This document shows, piece by piece, positions 25,971 through 34,481 of a stretch of DNA of 36,072 bases (position 1 is the stretch's first letter; each line of letters starts with the position of its first letter). The DNA comes from Akkermansia muciniphila (GTDB lineage: Bacteria > Verrucomicrobiota > Verrucomicrobiia > Limisphaerales > UBA9464), in NCBI GenBank assembly GCA_945861075.1, contig CAMATE010000002.1, positions 1-36,072 on the forward strand, in the 5' to 3' direction. The notes beneath the pieces were generated by a model. That model was not told the origin of the DNA and did not search any database. It saw only the letters and a list, made by a program, of their open reading frames with translations. The position numbers were made by a program, and so were the translations under genes.

Positions 25971-26749
25971 CCCGGGTGGCCGCCGGTCATAGCCCGGTCG
26001 AGGTGGGTGTAACCGCCATCGACATGGATCCACTGCCCCGTGATATGGCTCGCCCGAGGGGACGCCAGAAAGACGAGCATCGCAGCCATCTCAGCCGGCG
26101 TGGTCAATCGACGCCCCAAAGGCACCATCCGCTCAATGGTGGCGCGAGCCGCCTGCGGATCCGGCTGCGCGGCAAACCAACGCTGGTACTGATCGGTGTC
26201 GCATTCGGCCGGAATGACAGCATTGACCCGAACTCCATGCGGTGCGAGGGCCACGGCCCATTCCCGGGTCAATGCGTTGACGGCTCCCTTGGCAGCGGCA
26301 TACCCGGAGGTCCCGCCCTGCCCCGTCTCCGCCACCTTGGAACTGAGGTTCAGGATGCACCCACGCGACTGGCACAAGGCCTCCTGCGCGTGGTGAGCCA
26401 AGGCGAAGACGTGCAACAAATTGCGACGTAACGAGGCCATGAAGTCGGTCGGAGACCCGCTCAGGGAAACGCTGTCATTGACGCCCGCATTGTTGACGAG
26501 CACGTCCAGACGTCCCGCCTCCCGCAACACGGAAGAAACAAGTTCCGAGCAGAAGATGGGGTCGGCCAAGTCTCCTTCGGCGAAGACCGATCGAGGCACC
26601 TCGGCCGCCAACGCCCGACCTCGGTCGGCGTTCCGGTCGGCAAACCACACGATCGCCCCTTCGGCCGCGAAGGCCCGTACCGTGGCCTCGCCAATGCCCG
26701 CCGCGCCACCGGTGATGAGCACCACCCGGTCCTTGAGTTCAAGATTCAT
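25964..26749 (-). CDS. SDR family oxidoreductase
   Basis: Classical SDR motifs are present: TGGAAGIG, NNAG and YAAAKGAV (YxxxK). Substrate unknown. Confidence 0.88.
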   Translation of the reverse strand: MNLELKDRVVLITGGAAGIGEATVRAFAAEGAIVWFADRNADRGRALAAEVPRSVFAEGDLADPIFCSELVSSVLREAGRLDVLVNNAGVNDSVSLSGSPTDFMASLRRNLLHVFALAHHAQEALCQSRGCILNLSSKVAETGQGGTSGYAAAKGAVNALTREWAVALAPHGVRVNAVIPAECDTDQYQRWFAAQPDPQAARATIERMVPLGRRLTTPAEMAAMLVFLASPRASHITGQWIHVDGGYTHLDRAMTGGHPGW

Positions 26750-26770
26750 GGGAAAGGTTCAACAACACTG

Positions 26771-26813
26771 AAACCAAACAAATCCAAGAGGCCCCGTCCG
26801 ACCCGTCCGCCTC
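26771..26813 (-). terminator. Weak candidate terminator after thyA
   Basis: On the minus strand GAGGC ... GCCTC forms a 5-bp stem with a large G-rich loop. It is followed by the T-rich tract TTGGATTTGTTTGGTTT. Weak. Confidence 0.25.
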
Positions 26814-26861
26814 GTCTGCGGTCCCCACGCGAGCAATGGTCTATTCAATGGGGAACACCGC

Positions 26862-27656
26862 TCAGACCGCAACGGGTGCCTTGATGGCCGGATACGGATC
26901 ATAGCCCGACAAAACAAAGTCTTCGTAGACGAACTCGCGGAGCTCTTTGCGTTGCGGATTCAGGGTCAACGTCGGCAGCGGACGCGGCTCGCGGGCCAAC
27001 TGCTCCTTCACCTGTTCGAGGTGATTCGAGTAGAGGTGAAGATCACCGAAGGTGTGCACGAAATCGCCCACCTTCAACCCGGCGACCTGAGCCACCATGT
27101 GGGTCAGGAGTGCATAGCTGGCGATGTTGAAGGGCACACCCAGGAACAAATCGGCACTGCGCTGGTACAACTGACAACTGAGCTTCCCCTCGCTGACGTA
27201 GAACTGGAAGAGCGTGTGGCACGGCGGCAGCGCCATGGAATCCACTTCGGAGGGATTCCAGGCGCTGACGATGAGCCGGCGGCTATCCGGGTTCTTGCGA
27301 ATTTGGGCGACCACCTGATCGATTTGATGAATCGAACGGCCGTCGGCACTCCGCCAATCGGTCCATTGGGCACCGTACACGCGCCCCAAATTACCATCCG
27401 CATCGGCCCACTCGTTCCAAATGCTCACCCCGTGCTCCTGCAGCCAGCGCACGTTGGTGTCGCCCCGGAGGAACCAGAGCAACTCGTAGGCGACACTCTT
27501 GAAGTGGACCTTCTTGGTCGTGATCAGCGGAAACCCCTCCGACAACCGGAAGCGCGTCTGCGCCCCGAAGACCGAATACGTGCCCGTGCCGGTTCGGTCC
27601 GGCTTGAAGGTTCCCTGATCGAGAACCAACCGGAGCAAGTCGTGGTAGGCGCGCAT
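26862..27656 (-). CDS. thyA: Thymidylate synthase
   Basis: [31 protein letters not shown]...[11 protein letters not shown]...[13 protein letters not shown]...[12 protein letters not shown] aligns by eye with E. coli ThyA along its full length (264 aa). Confidence 0.97.
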   Translation of the reverse strand: MRAYHDLLRLVLDQGTFKPDRTGTGTYSVFGAQTRFRLSEGFPLITTKKVHFKSVAYELLWFLRGDTNVRWLQEHGVSIWNEWADADGNLGRVYGAQWTDWRSADGRSIHQIDQVVAQIRKNPDSRRLIVSAWNPSEVDSMALPPCHTLFQFYVSEGKLSCQLYQRSADLFLGVPFNIASYALLTHMVAQVAGLKVGDFVHTFGDLHLYSNHLEQVKEQLAREPRPLPTLTLNPQRKELREFVYEDFVLSGYDPYPAIKAPVAV

Positions 27657-27696
27657 GGTCTGAAGGAATCCGCGGGATCGTTGGAATCAGGACCGT

Positions 27697-28815
27697 TTAG
27701 TCCTGGATGTTCACCATCTCCAAAGCGCCCACGCCACCCGGGTTCCAGGCGGTGAAGAGGATGTACACCTTGGCGCTGCGACCCTTGCCGACGACATACC
27801 AGCAGGCGTCATGCATGTGCTGGGCGTATCCGTAGCCAAGGTCTTCCTTGGGCTTGATGGTGCTGACCACGGCCTTGGTCTTGAGGTTGATGATGTAAAT
27901 GGGGCCCGGGGTGTTGTTCGGGCCGGTGAGGCAGGGCACCAGGAGGTAATCGCCCCAGAGATCAGTGTCGCAGGCGGCACTGCCCTTGGGCAACTGATGG
28001 ACAGCCAGAGCCTTGCGGGTCTTGGGCGACCACTCGTGGACCTGAGCCTCCGGCCGGGCCGAGACATAGAGCTCGTTGCGCTTCGGATCAAAGGTGATGC
28101 CGTGCGGCGTCTGGCTCATGCTGTCGCCACCGTAGAAATTGCCCCGGTACTTCATGGGCTTGGCATCGGCATCCATGAACCAGTGACGACCGTAGCCGTC
28201 GGTCACCCACAAGGTCTTGTCGCCGGCGAACGCTGCGTCGGTCGGAGCCCAGCCCTTCTTGTCGGCGTAAGGACCACCATCGGGGATCTTGAGCTTTTCC
28301 ACCGTGCGGAAGGTCGTGTCGGACAAGAGGATCTCGCCCTCGACATTGTCGGCCGCGACCACCAGCGGGAGCTGGCCCTTGCGCGGGAAGAGGTCGGCCC
28401 CGTGCAAGTTGCCCGAGGCGATGGACGGATCACCCTTCACCACCCAGGAGGTCTTGAGACGATCGCTGAAACCCACCCAACCCACCTTCTCGAGGCCCCA
28501 GTACACCACATCGCGCTCGCTATCCACGATGAGTGTGCCGTGAGCACCCTTCACGAAGGATTGAGCTTCGACCGGCACGGGCATCGCGTTGGTGACCGGG
28601 GCGAATTTCCAGAAACCCTGACCGCTGACATGCGACACGGCCGACTTGGCCTGGGCTGCGGGCGCCTTCACCGGACCCTTCTTCTCGACCTGAAAGGTCA
28701 CGGGCACCGCGGACGGTCCGTGGTCGTGGGGCTTAGATCCCGTGTCATGAGCCAGGAGAACGGGGGCGGAAGCCAAGGCGGCATACGCCACGGCCAGAGT
28801 GAGGGAGGTCTTCAT
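27697..28815 (-). CDS. Secreted beta-propeller (NHL/six-bladed-like) protein, function unknown
   Basis: ATG 28815 gives the signal peptide MKTSLTLAVAYAALASAPVLLA, followed by HDTGSKPHDHG. Repeated blade-like segments are visible (LHGADLF, WVTDGYG, PHGITFDPKRNELYVS, YIINLKT). The fold call comes from pattern only. Confidence 0.5.
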   Translation of the reverse strand: MKTSLTLAVAYAALASAPVLLAHDTGSKPHDHGPSAVPVTFQVEKKGPVKAPAAQAKSAVSHVSGQGFWKFAPVTNAMPVPVEAQSFVKGAHGTLIVDSERDVVYWGLEKVGWVGFSDRLKTSWVVKGDPSIASGNLHGADLFPRKGQLPLVVAADNVEGEILLSDTTFRTVEKLKIPDGGPYADKKGWAPTDAAFAGDKTLWVTDGYGRHWFMDADAKPMKYRGNFYGGDSMSQTPHGITFDPKRNELYVSARPEAQVHEWSPKTRKALAVHQLPKGSAACDTDLWGDYLLVPCLTGPNNTPGPIYIINLKTKAVVSTIKPKEDLGYGYAQHMHDACWYVVGKGRSAKVYILFTAWNPGGVGALEMVNIQD

Positions 28816-28888
28816 AGGCGACGTGCAATCTTTCAACAGCCGATCGGATTCTGTCGAGGCTCAGAAAGAACGGATCCGAGGAGACAGT

Positions 28889-29278
28889 TCAGAACGGATC
28901 GCGCAAGGATCCGTAGCCTTTGGATTGAACCCAACTCGATCCCGAACGCGACACGTCCAGCGGACGCTTGCCGAACAGGCGCATCAGGAAGGCCAGTGGC
29001 ACCACCGCAATTCCATACACTCCCAGCAACAGCAGGAACACCAGCCGCCCACCCAGCCAGGATCGCATCCGAGAAAACCCTCGGTGCCAGGGCTCAAAAA
29101 GCGTCGGAAACAACATGCCCAATCCCACCGCCACGGGCATGACCGTAAGATAAACCCGAGGCGAGCCCGGAACCCAACCAGCCCGATTGGCGATCATGAG
29201 CAGAGCCACCGGAGGAATGAGCGACGCGCCGATGGCGAATCGGTCGCGAAAGCTTCTGACGGTTTCGGGTCGGCTCAT
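28889..29278 (-). CDS. SxtJ family small membrane protein
   Basis: 129 aa, starting 2 nt after the carbamoyltransferase stop. Three hydrophobic segments are followed by VYGIAVVPLAFLMRLFGKRPLD. This matches my recollection of the SxtJ family (..P...LMRL.GKDPL). Confidence 0.7.
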   Translation of the reverse strand: MSRPETVRSFRDRFAIGASLIPPVALLMIANRAGWVPGSPRVYLTVMPVAVGLGMLFPTLFEPWHRGFSRMRSWLGGRLVFLLLLGVYGIAVVPLAFLMRLFGKRPLDVSRSGSSWVQSKGYGSLRDPF

Positions 29279-29280
29279 GG

Positions 29281-31107
29281 TCAGTCCGGGATGGCTTCGA
29301 AGCTGCGCGGCAATGCGGCATGCGGTTGCCGTTCACGTTCCAAATAGCAAGGACCGACGGCGAGCACATCGATCTGGGAATTGATGAAGCACCGATAGGC
29401 ATCCTCTGCGGAGCCCACCACCGGTTCCCCCCGCACATTGAAAGAAGTGTTGATGAGCACCGGGCAACCGGTCCTCGCCTCGAACCGCTTCAGCAAGGCA
29501 TGGAACTGCGGGTTGCGCTCCGCATCCACCGTCTGGACCCTGGCCGATCCGTCCACATGGGTCACCGCCGGCAGGGTCGAACGCACCTGCTTCAGACGAT
29601 CCAAGCCCTCGGCCTCGCGGGCCACGGGAATGCGTTGGGCATCGGCCACCGGAGCCACCAACAACATGTAGGGCGACTCGCCTGAGAGTCCGAAGAATTC
29701 CACCGACCTCTCGGCCAGCACGGCCGGGGCAAAGGGCCGAAACGATTCGCGAAACTTCACCTTCAAGTTCATGCGCGACTGCATGTCGGGGCTGCGCGGA
29801 TCCCCCAGAATGGAGCGGTGCCCCAGCGCGCGCGGACCAAATTCCATGCGCCCTTGAACCCATCCCACCACCTTGCCGGCGATCAACGCGTCAACAACGC
29901 GCTCCGGCAACGCCTCCGCGTCCAGTCGTTCCCAGACCGCGTCCAAACGTTTCAAGGAAGCCTCCACCGCTTCCGGAGATTCTTCTGGCCCCAGGAATCC
30001 CCCGCCCATGGAGTCGGAGGCGGTCGGGGTTCGCGGAGCGGCCAAGCCACCGCGTTCCAGCGGCCCATACCAGGCTGCCAAGGCGGCACCCAGGGCAGCC
30101 CCGGCGTCGCCGGCAGCGGGCTGGATCCAAAGTTTCTCAAACGGCCCCTCCCGCAGAATCCGACCATTGGCCACGCAGTTCAGGGCCACCCCACCGGCCA
30201 GACACAAGTGGGCCGAGCCGGTTTGTTTGTGGGCGCGTCGGGCCAGTCCCAAAAGGGCCCGTTCGGTCACCCCTTGGATGGATCGCGCCAAGTCGAGATG
30301 GCGTTTTTCCAGAGGCTCATCCGGACGACGGGGCGGCCCACCGAACCGGTCATGAAAACGCGCATTCGTCAGGTGATCCTCGGCCAGTGGATCCAAGTAC
30401 TCCAAATTGAGCCGGAAGGAACCGTCCTCATGCAGGGAAATCACCTCTTCCAAAAGGGTCTCCACCCAGCATGGCTCGCCATACGGTGCCAGGCCCATGA
30501 GCTTGTACTCGCCGGAGTTGACGCGGAATCCGCAGTAGGCGGTGAACGCCGAGTACAAAAGCCCCAGCGAATGGGGAAAATGGATCTCCTCCAAGGGCTC
30601 AATTTGGGCACCGGATCCTCGGGCGATGGCGGTGGTGGCCCATTCTCCGACGCCATCCACCGTCAAGATGGCCGCCTCAGGAAAGGGCGACGCAAGGAAC
30701 GCACTGGCCGCATGCGCCTCATGATGGGTGGTGAAGAGGATCGGGCACTCAGACCGCAGCCCGGGCAGCGCGGATCGGATGCGTCCACGAAGGTCCAAGC
30801 GTCCGCCCAACCAATCCGGAATAGCCCGGGCAAAAGCGCGACCTCCCCGAGGGGCCCAACCCAAAAACACCTCCAAAGTCCGGCTGAACTTCAGGATGGG
30901 TTTCTCGTAGAAGGCCACGGCTTCCAAATCGCGGGCGGTGATACCCGCCTGATCCAGACAGGACCGAATGGAACGTTCTGGAAACCGCGCATCATTCTTG
31001 CGACGCGACAATCGTTCCTCCTGCACCGCCGCCAGAATCCGTCCATCACCCAAGAGGGCTGCGGCCGAGTCGTGGTACAAGCCCGAGATGCCGAGGACGT
31101 ATCGCAT
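29281..31107 (-). CDS. NodU/CmcH-family carbamoyltransferase (SxtI/TobZ-like)
   Basis: MRYVLGISGLYHDSAAALLGDGRILAAVQEERLSRRKNDARFPERSI, the metal-site motif TTHHEAHAASAF, LAGGVALNCVANG and the C-terminal INTSFNVRGEPVV are the family's hallmarks. 608 aa. Confidence 0.92.
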   Translation of the reverse strand: MRYVLGISGLYHDSAAALLGDGRILAAVQEERLSRRKNDARFPERSIRSCLDQAGITARDLEAVAFYEKPILKFSRTLEVFLGWAPRGGRAFARAIPDWLGGRLDLRGRIRSALPGLRSECPILFTTHHEAHAASAFLASPFPEAAILTVDGVGEWATTAIARGSGAQIEPLEEIHFPHSLGLLYSAFTAYCGFRVNSGEYKLMGLAPYGEPCWVETLLEEVISLHEDGSFRLNLEYLDPLAEDHLTNARFHDRFGGPPRRPDEPLEKRHLDLARSIQGVTERALLGLARRAHKQTGSAHLCLAGGVALNCVANGRILREGPFEKLWIQPAAGDAGAALGAALAAWYGPLERGGLAAPRTPTASDSMGGGFLGPEESPEAVEASLKRLDAVWERLDAEALPERVVDALIAGKVVGWVQGRMEFGPRALGHRSILGDPRSPDMQSRMNLKVKFRESFRPFAPAVLAERSVEFFGLSGESPYMLLVAPVADAQRIPVAREAEGLDRLKQVRSTLPAVTHVDGSARVQTVDAERNPQFHALLKRFEARTGCPVLINTSFNVRGEPVVGSAEDAYRCFINSQIDVLAVGPCYLERERQPHAALPRSFEAIPD

Positions 31108-31128
31108 GGTGAGCCGTGGATCCGCGGT

Positions 31129-31281
31129 TCAGAGGAAGGGGTACAAAAAGGGCGCGACCGCCGAGCTGGACGAAAAGACCACCACCGCCCCAATCAACAG
31201 CAGGATCAGGATCAGAGGCGCGAGCCACCATTTTTTCTCCCGACCGAGGAATCGGGCAAAATCTCGAAGGAGGGACCACAT
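31129..31281 (-). CDS. DUF5989 (SxtK-like) small single-TM protein, 50 aa
   Basis: Below the track cut-off; hand-translated base by base as MWSLLRDFARFLGREKKWWLAPLILILLLIGAVVVFSSSSAVAPFLYPFL*. The pattern F.+.RKKWWL.P....LLL.G.L......SAVAPFIY matches the DUF5989 family as I recall it. Its ATG shares one base with the upstream stop (TGATG, 31279-31283). Confidence 0.75.
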   Translation of the reverse strand: MWSLLRDFARFLGREKKWWLAPLILILLLIGAVVVFSSSSAVAPFLYPFL

Positions 31282-33677
31282 CAGCGTTTGCGGGTGTTGG
31301 AAGTTTGCGGTGCGGTGGAAAGCATGCTGCGGGCCCGCTCCAAATAAGTTCGAGCCGAGGCATTGCCCGGTTGAGCGCGCAAGGCCGCCTCGAACTCCAC
31401 GATGGCATCGGCGAAGCGAGTCTGCCGAGCCAAGGCCACACCCAGATCCGTGCGAACGGACGCATTCAAAGGATCCAACTGAGCGGCACGACGCAGGACC
31501 GCCTCAGCCTGAGTCGGGCGATCGGCCCGCCCCAGTTCTCCGGCCAATCGCTGCAAGATCACCAGATTGGAAGGCTCACGACGAACGGCTTCTTCGAAGG
31601 CCGCAACGGCCGCGGGGTATTCCTTGCGACTCGACAGCAATTCGCCCAATCGGACGCACGGCAGTGTCGACTGGGAATGCTCGGTCATGGCCCGCGACAA
31701 CAAGGGCACCGATTCATTCCGACGACCCATGGCTTCCAGCGTCACTGCCTTGTTGATGAGCGCCTCCAAATTTTTCGGATCCCGTTTGAGGCTTTGGTCG
31801 AAGACCGCGATCGACTCCGGGAACCGACCCAATTCGCCATACAACTGCCCCAGCGCCAAAGCTGCCTCGACAAAATCCGGACGCAGCGCCAAGGCGCGCG
31901 ACTGGGATTCGACCGCCGCGCTACGAGCACCCACTTGAGCCTGAGCCTCGCCGAGGAAATGCCAGGCCACCACATGATCCGGAGCCCCCTCAACGACCCG
32001 ATTCCAGGCCTCAACCGCATTGGTCCAACGTCGCCCCTGACGCAGCAGCCGGGCCGACTGTTCGGCCAGTTGCCAATCATTGGGATGCTTCGTCAATACG
32101 GCCTCGACTCCCTGAATGGATGCACCCAAACCCACTTTTCGGGCTCCACCATTGGCCTCGGCCAACCGGTCGTCCAAGAATCGGTCCCGCGCCTCCCGGT
32201 GGCTTTGCAGCGAAAACGGCGGCTTCTGGCACAACGACCGGATTTGCGTCCACAAACGAACCTCGGCATGCGGATTCCAACCCAGACGCGTGCGGCACAA
32301 TGCCTCAGCAGCCACAACCGGGGGCTTTGCAGCGCCAGGTTCGGGCAACCGCCCCACCAAGGCCTGGGTGAACAAACGGGCCAACCGATCATTGCCTTCG
32401 GGCCTCAAGTGGACGTGCTCGAAGAAGAGGTCCGCACCCGGAGGACGTTGCGGATCTTCCCCTTTGAGTTGGGCTGCCGCATCCACCAGCAGCACCTGAG
32501 TCGAAGCCGCCGCGGCCGCCACCTCACGGGTGATGGCCACGATGCGGGAATCGGCACGAAACCGCAGCGTGTCCAGATCGCGGGCCGCCTCGAGATCGGC
32601 GGTTCCTCGAGCCATGTCCCCGGCGTTGAGTCGCGCCAAACCCAATTGGAAACGGCTCTCCGCATGGCGCGGCACGAGGGCCACAGCCTTGCTCCAGTTT
32701 TCGACCGCTCCAGCCCAGTCACCGGCCGCATCCTGAGAGCGGGCATGGTCCGACAAGGCTTTCCAGTCGTTGAGCAAAGCACCTGAACCCTCGATGGGCA
32801 CCGACCCAAACGGCGGACAATCCGGGAGGTTCACGGCCATGGTTCCCAGCAGCACCTGCGCCCCGGACTCGACACCGAAGCGCACCAAGTCGGTCAGGTT
32901 GCGTCGGTAAGCCTCACGCACGGCTTCCAAACGCGGGTCATCGGCGGCGATGTGATTCTTGGAAAAGGTCTCGAGCCCAGCCCAGCGTGGGGCCAGCGAC
33001 ATGCCATCGCCCTGTCCCTCCTGGATCCGGAAAATCCACTGGCCCAAAGCCGTGCTGCGCAGCAACAAACCGGCGCGAACCACGGCCAGCGACGGAGCCT
33101 TGCCCAGTGGATTGCTTGCCGGACCAAAGGGGCCGTGAACCTCGTTGTTGCCGGGATAAACCACCCAAACGTCGGCTCCCAACCGCGCAGAATCCGCGGC
33201 AATGCGGCGCAGCGCATGGGAATTCAAGGCCGTGATCGCCGCGTTGAGAACCTCGACCTTGCGCCCCGGAAATCGCGACTCCAATTGCGCCTGGAGAAAG
33301 CGCGGCATGCCAAATCCCGGTTCGGGATCCCCCAAGGCCGCGGATTCACCCAAGACCAGGACCCGCAGCGTACCCGTTTCCTTCTTCTCACGGATCTTCA
33401 GCGGCCGGGGCATTCGCGCCAAAGTCTCGCCGACATACGGAGCACCAAAAGCCGGATTGGCCCGGAGCATTCCCTCACCGGCCTCCAACCAGAAGGCGGT
33501 GGGCCTGTAATGTCCCAGAGCCCTCAACGTCAGTTCGGCACCCAACAACGCCAGCACCGGCGCCAAAACGGCCAATCCACGGAAGATCCAGAGCCGCCGG
33601 GAATCCGGAGCGGCGCGGGTTTCCACGGAGGCTGGAGAACCATCGGAGGGCATGGCCTCAGAGGATTCTGGAGCCAC
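31281..33677 (-). CDS. N-terminally anchored SGNH/GDSL-like domain protein with TPR repeats
   Basis: 798 aa, starting at GTG 33677 or ATG 33653. TM anchor LWIFRGLAVLAPVLALLGA. SGNH-like blocks: RVLVLGESAALGD (block I), VVYPGNNE (block III) and FFEHVHLRPEGNDRLA (block V-like). TPR-like helices lie between the blocks (aa ~305-370), and about 7 TPR-like repeats occupy aa ~530-785. Confidence 0.7.
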   Translation of the reverse strand: MAPESSEAMPSDGSPASVETRAAPDSRRLWIFRGLAVLAPVLALLGAELTLRALGHYRPTAFWLEAGEGMLRANPAFGAPYVGETLARMPRPLKIREKKETGTLRVLVLGESAALGDPEPGFGMPRFLQAQLESRFPGRKVEVLNAAITALNSHALRRIAADSARLGADVWVVYPGNNEVHGPFGPASNPLGKAPSLAVVRAGLLLRSTALGQWIFRIQEGQGDGMSLAPRWAGLETFSKNHIAADDPRLEAVREAYRRNLTDLVRFGVESGAQVLLGTMAVNLPDCPPFGSVPIEGSGALLNDWKALSDHARSQDAAGDWAGAVENWSKAVALVPRHAESRFQLGLARLNAGDMARGTADLEAARDLDTLRFRADSRIVAITREVAAAAASTQVLLVDAAAQLKGEDPQRPPGADLFFEHVHLRPEGNDRLARLFTQALVGRLPEPGAAKPPVVAAEALCRTRLGWNPHAEVRLWTQIRSLCQKPPFSLQSHREARDRFLDDRLAEANGGARKVGLGASIQGVEAVLTKHPNDWQLAEQSARLLRQGRRWTNAVEAWNRVVEGAPDHVVAWHFLGEAQAQVGARSAAVESQSRALALRPDFVEAALALGQLYGELGRFPESIAVFDQSLKRDPKNLEALINKAVTLEAMGRRNESVPLLSRAMTEHSQSTLPCVRLGELLSSRKEYPAAVAAFEEAVRREPSNLVILQRLAGELGRADRPTQAEAVLRRAAQLDPLNASVRTDLGVALARQTRFADAIVEFEAALRAQPGNASARTYLERARSMLSTAPQTSNTRKR

Positions 33678-33693
33678 CCCTCCGGCTGCAAGC

Positions 33694-34416
33694 CTACTCG
33701 TAGGATTTGAGCTTCAGGAAGGGGATGATGCGCTTTTCGAGCATGGGCAAATCCCACTGCAGGATTTCCGAAAGCGGCGCGGCATCGGCCACATCGAAGC
33801 GACCGCTGGTGACGCGGCGCAACCGAGTGAGGTGGGCTCCGCAGGCCAACTTCTGACCAAGATCATGAGCCAAGCTCCGGATGTAGGTCCCCTTGGTGCA
33901 ACTCACCCGGAAATACGCAAACGGTTCTTCGTAGTCGTCGAACCGATAGGTGTACACATGGATGGGTCGAGGCACACGGGCGACCTCTTGTCCCTTGCGG
34001 GCCAACTTGTAAAGAGGGGTGCCACCGATCTTGACCGCACTAACCATGGGCGGGGTCTGAAGGATGTCTCCGGTGAAGGCAACCGCCGCTTCGTTCAAAT
34101 CGTTCAACGACAGCGGGGGCACCGGCATGGAGTCCACCAGTTCTCCGTCGGCGTCGTAGGAATCGGTTGTTTCACCCAACCGCATGACGCCCTCGTACAC
34201 CTTGTCCGAAGACATCAGGCGCTCCGAATATTTGGTCGCCTTGCCCAGCACCAGAATGAGCAGGCCCGTGGCCATTGGATCCAGCGTTCCACAGTGACCC
34301 ACCTTGGGCAGGCGGAAGTGGTTGCGCAATTTGGCGACCACGTCATGGGAGGTCCATGTCGCAGGCTTGTCGACCAATAGAGCCCCATCGAGGGGCGAGA
34401 GAGTGGGAATGGCCAT
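33694..34416 (-). CDS. truB: tRNA pseudouridine(55) synthase
   Basis: GALLVDKPATWTSHDVVAKLRNHFRLPKVGHCGTLDPMATGLLILVLGKATK...QTPPMVSAVK match TruB. Confidence 0.93.
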   Translation of the reverse strand: MAIPTLSPLDGALLVDKPATWTSHDVVAKLRNHFRLPKVGHCGTLDPMATGLLILVLGKATKYSERLMSSDKVYEGVMRLGETTDSYDADGELVDSMPVPPLSLNDLNEAAVAFTGDILQTPPMVSAVKIGGTPLYKLARKGQEVARVPRPIHVYTYRFDDYEEPFAYFRVSCTKGTYIRSLAHDLGQKLACGAHLTRLRRVTSGRFDVADAAPLSEILQWDLPMLEKRIIPFLKLKSYE

Positions 34417-34481
34417 CGGAAACTTGAAAATCAGGACGGAAGAATGCGCTCAGGCGACGATCTCTACGCGGCAACCCTCGC

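Noticed and set aside
25964-26749. The SDR downstream of thyA as a FolM-type alternative dihydrofolate reductase (no folA is seen next to thyA)
   Set aside because: The cofactor motif is the classical TGGAAGIG, not the TGxxxRxG variant I associate with FolM/PTR1-like enzymes. It is also separated from thyA by 112 nt containing a possible terminator. folA may simply lie elsewhere.
27811-33710. Series of long + strand ORFs (27811..29142, 29818..31347, 31116..32786, 32952..33710) opposite the carbamoyltransferase module
   Set aside because: Each lies antisense to a minus-strand gene with strong family motifs or tight start/stop coupling. The translations are R/G/P/Q/H-rich without domains.
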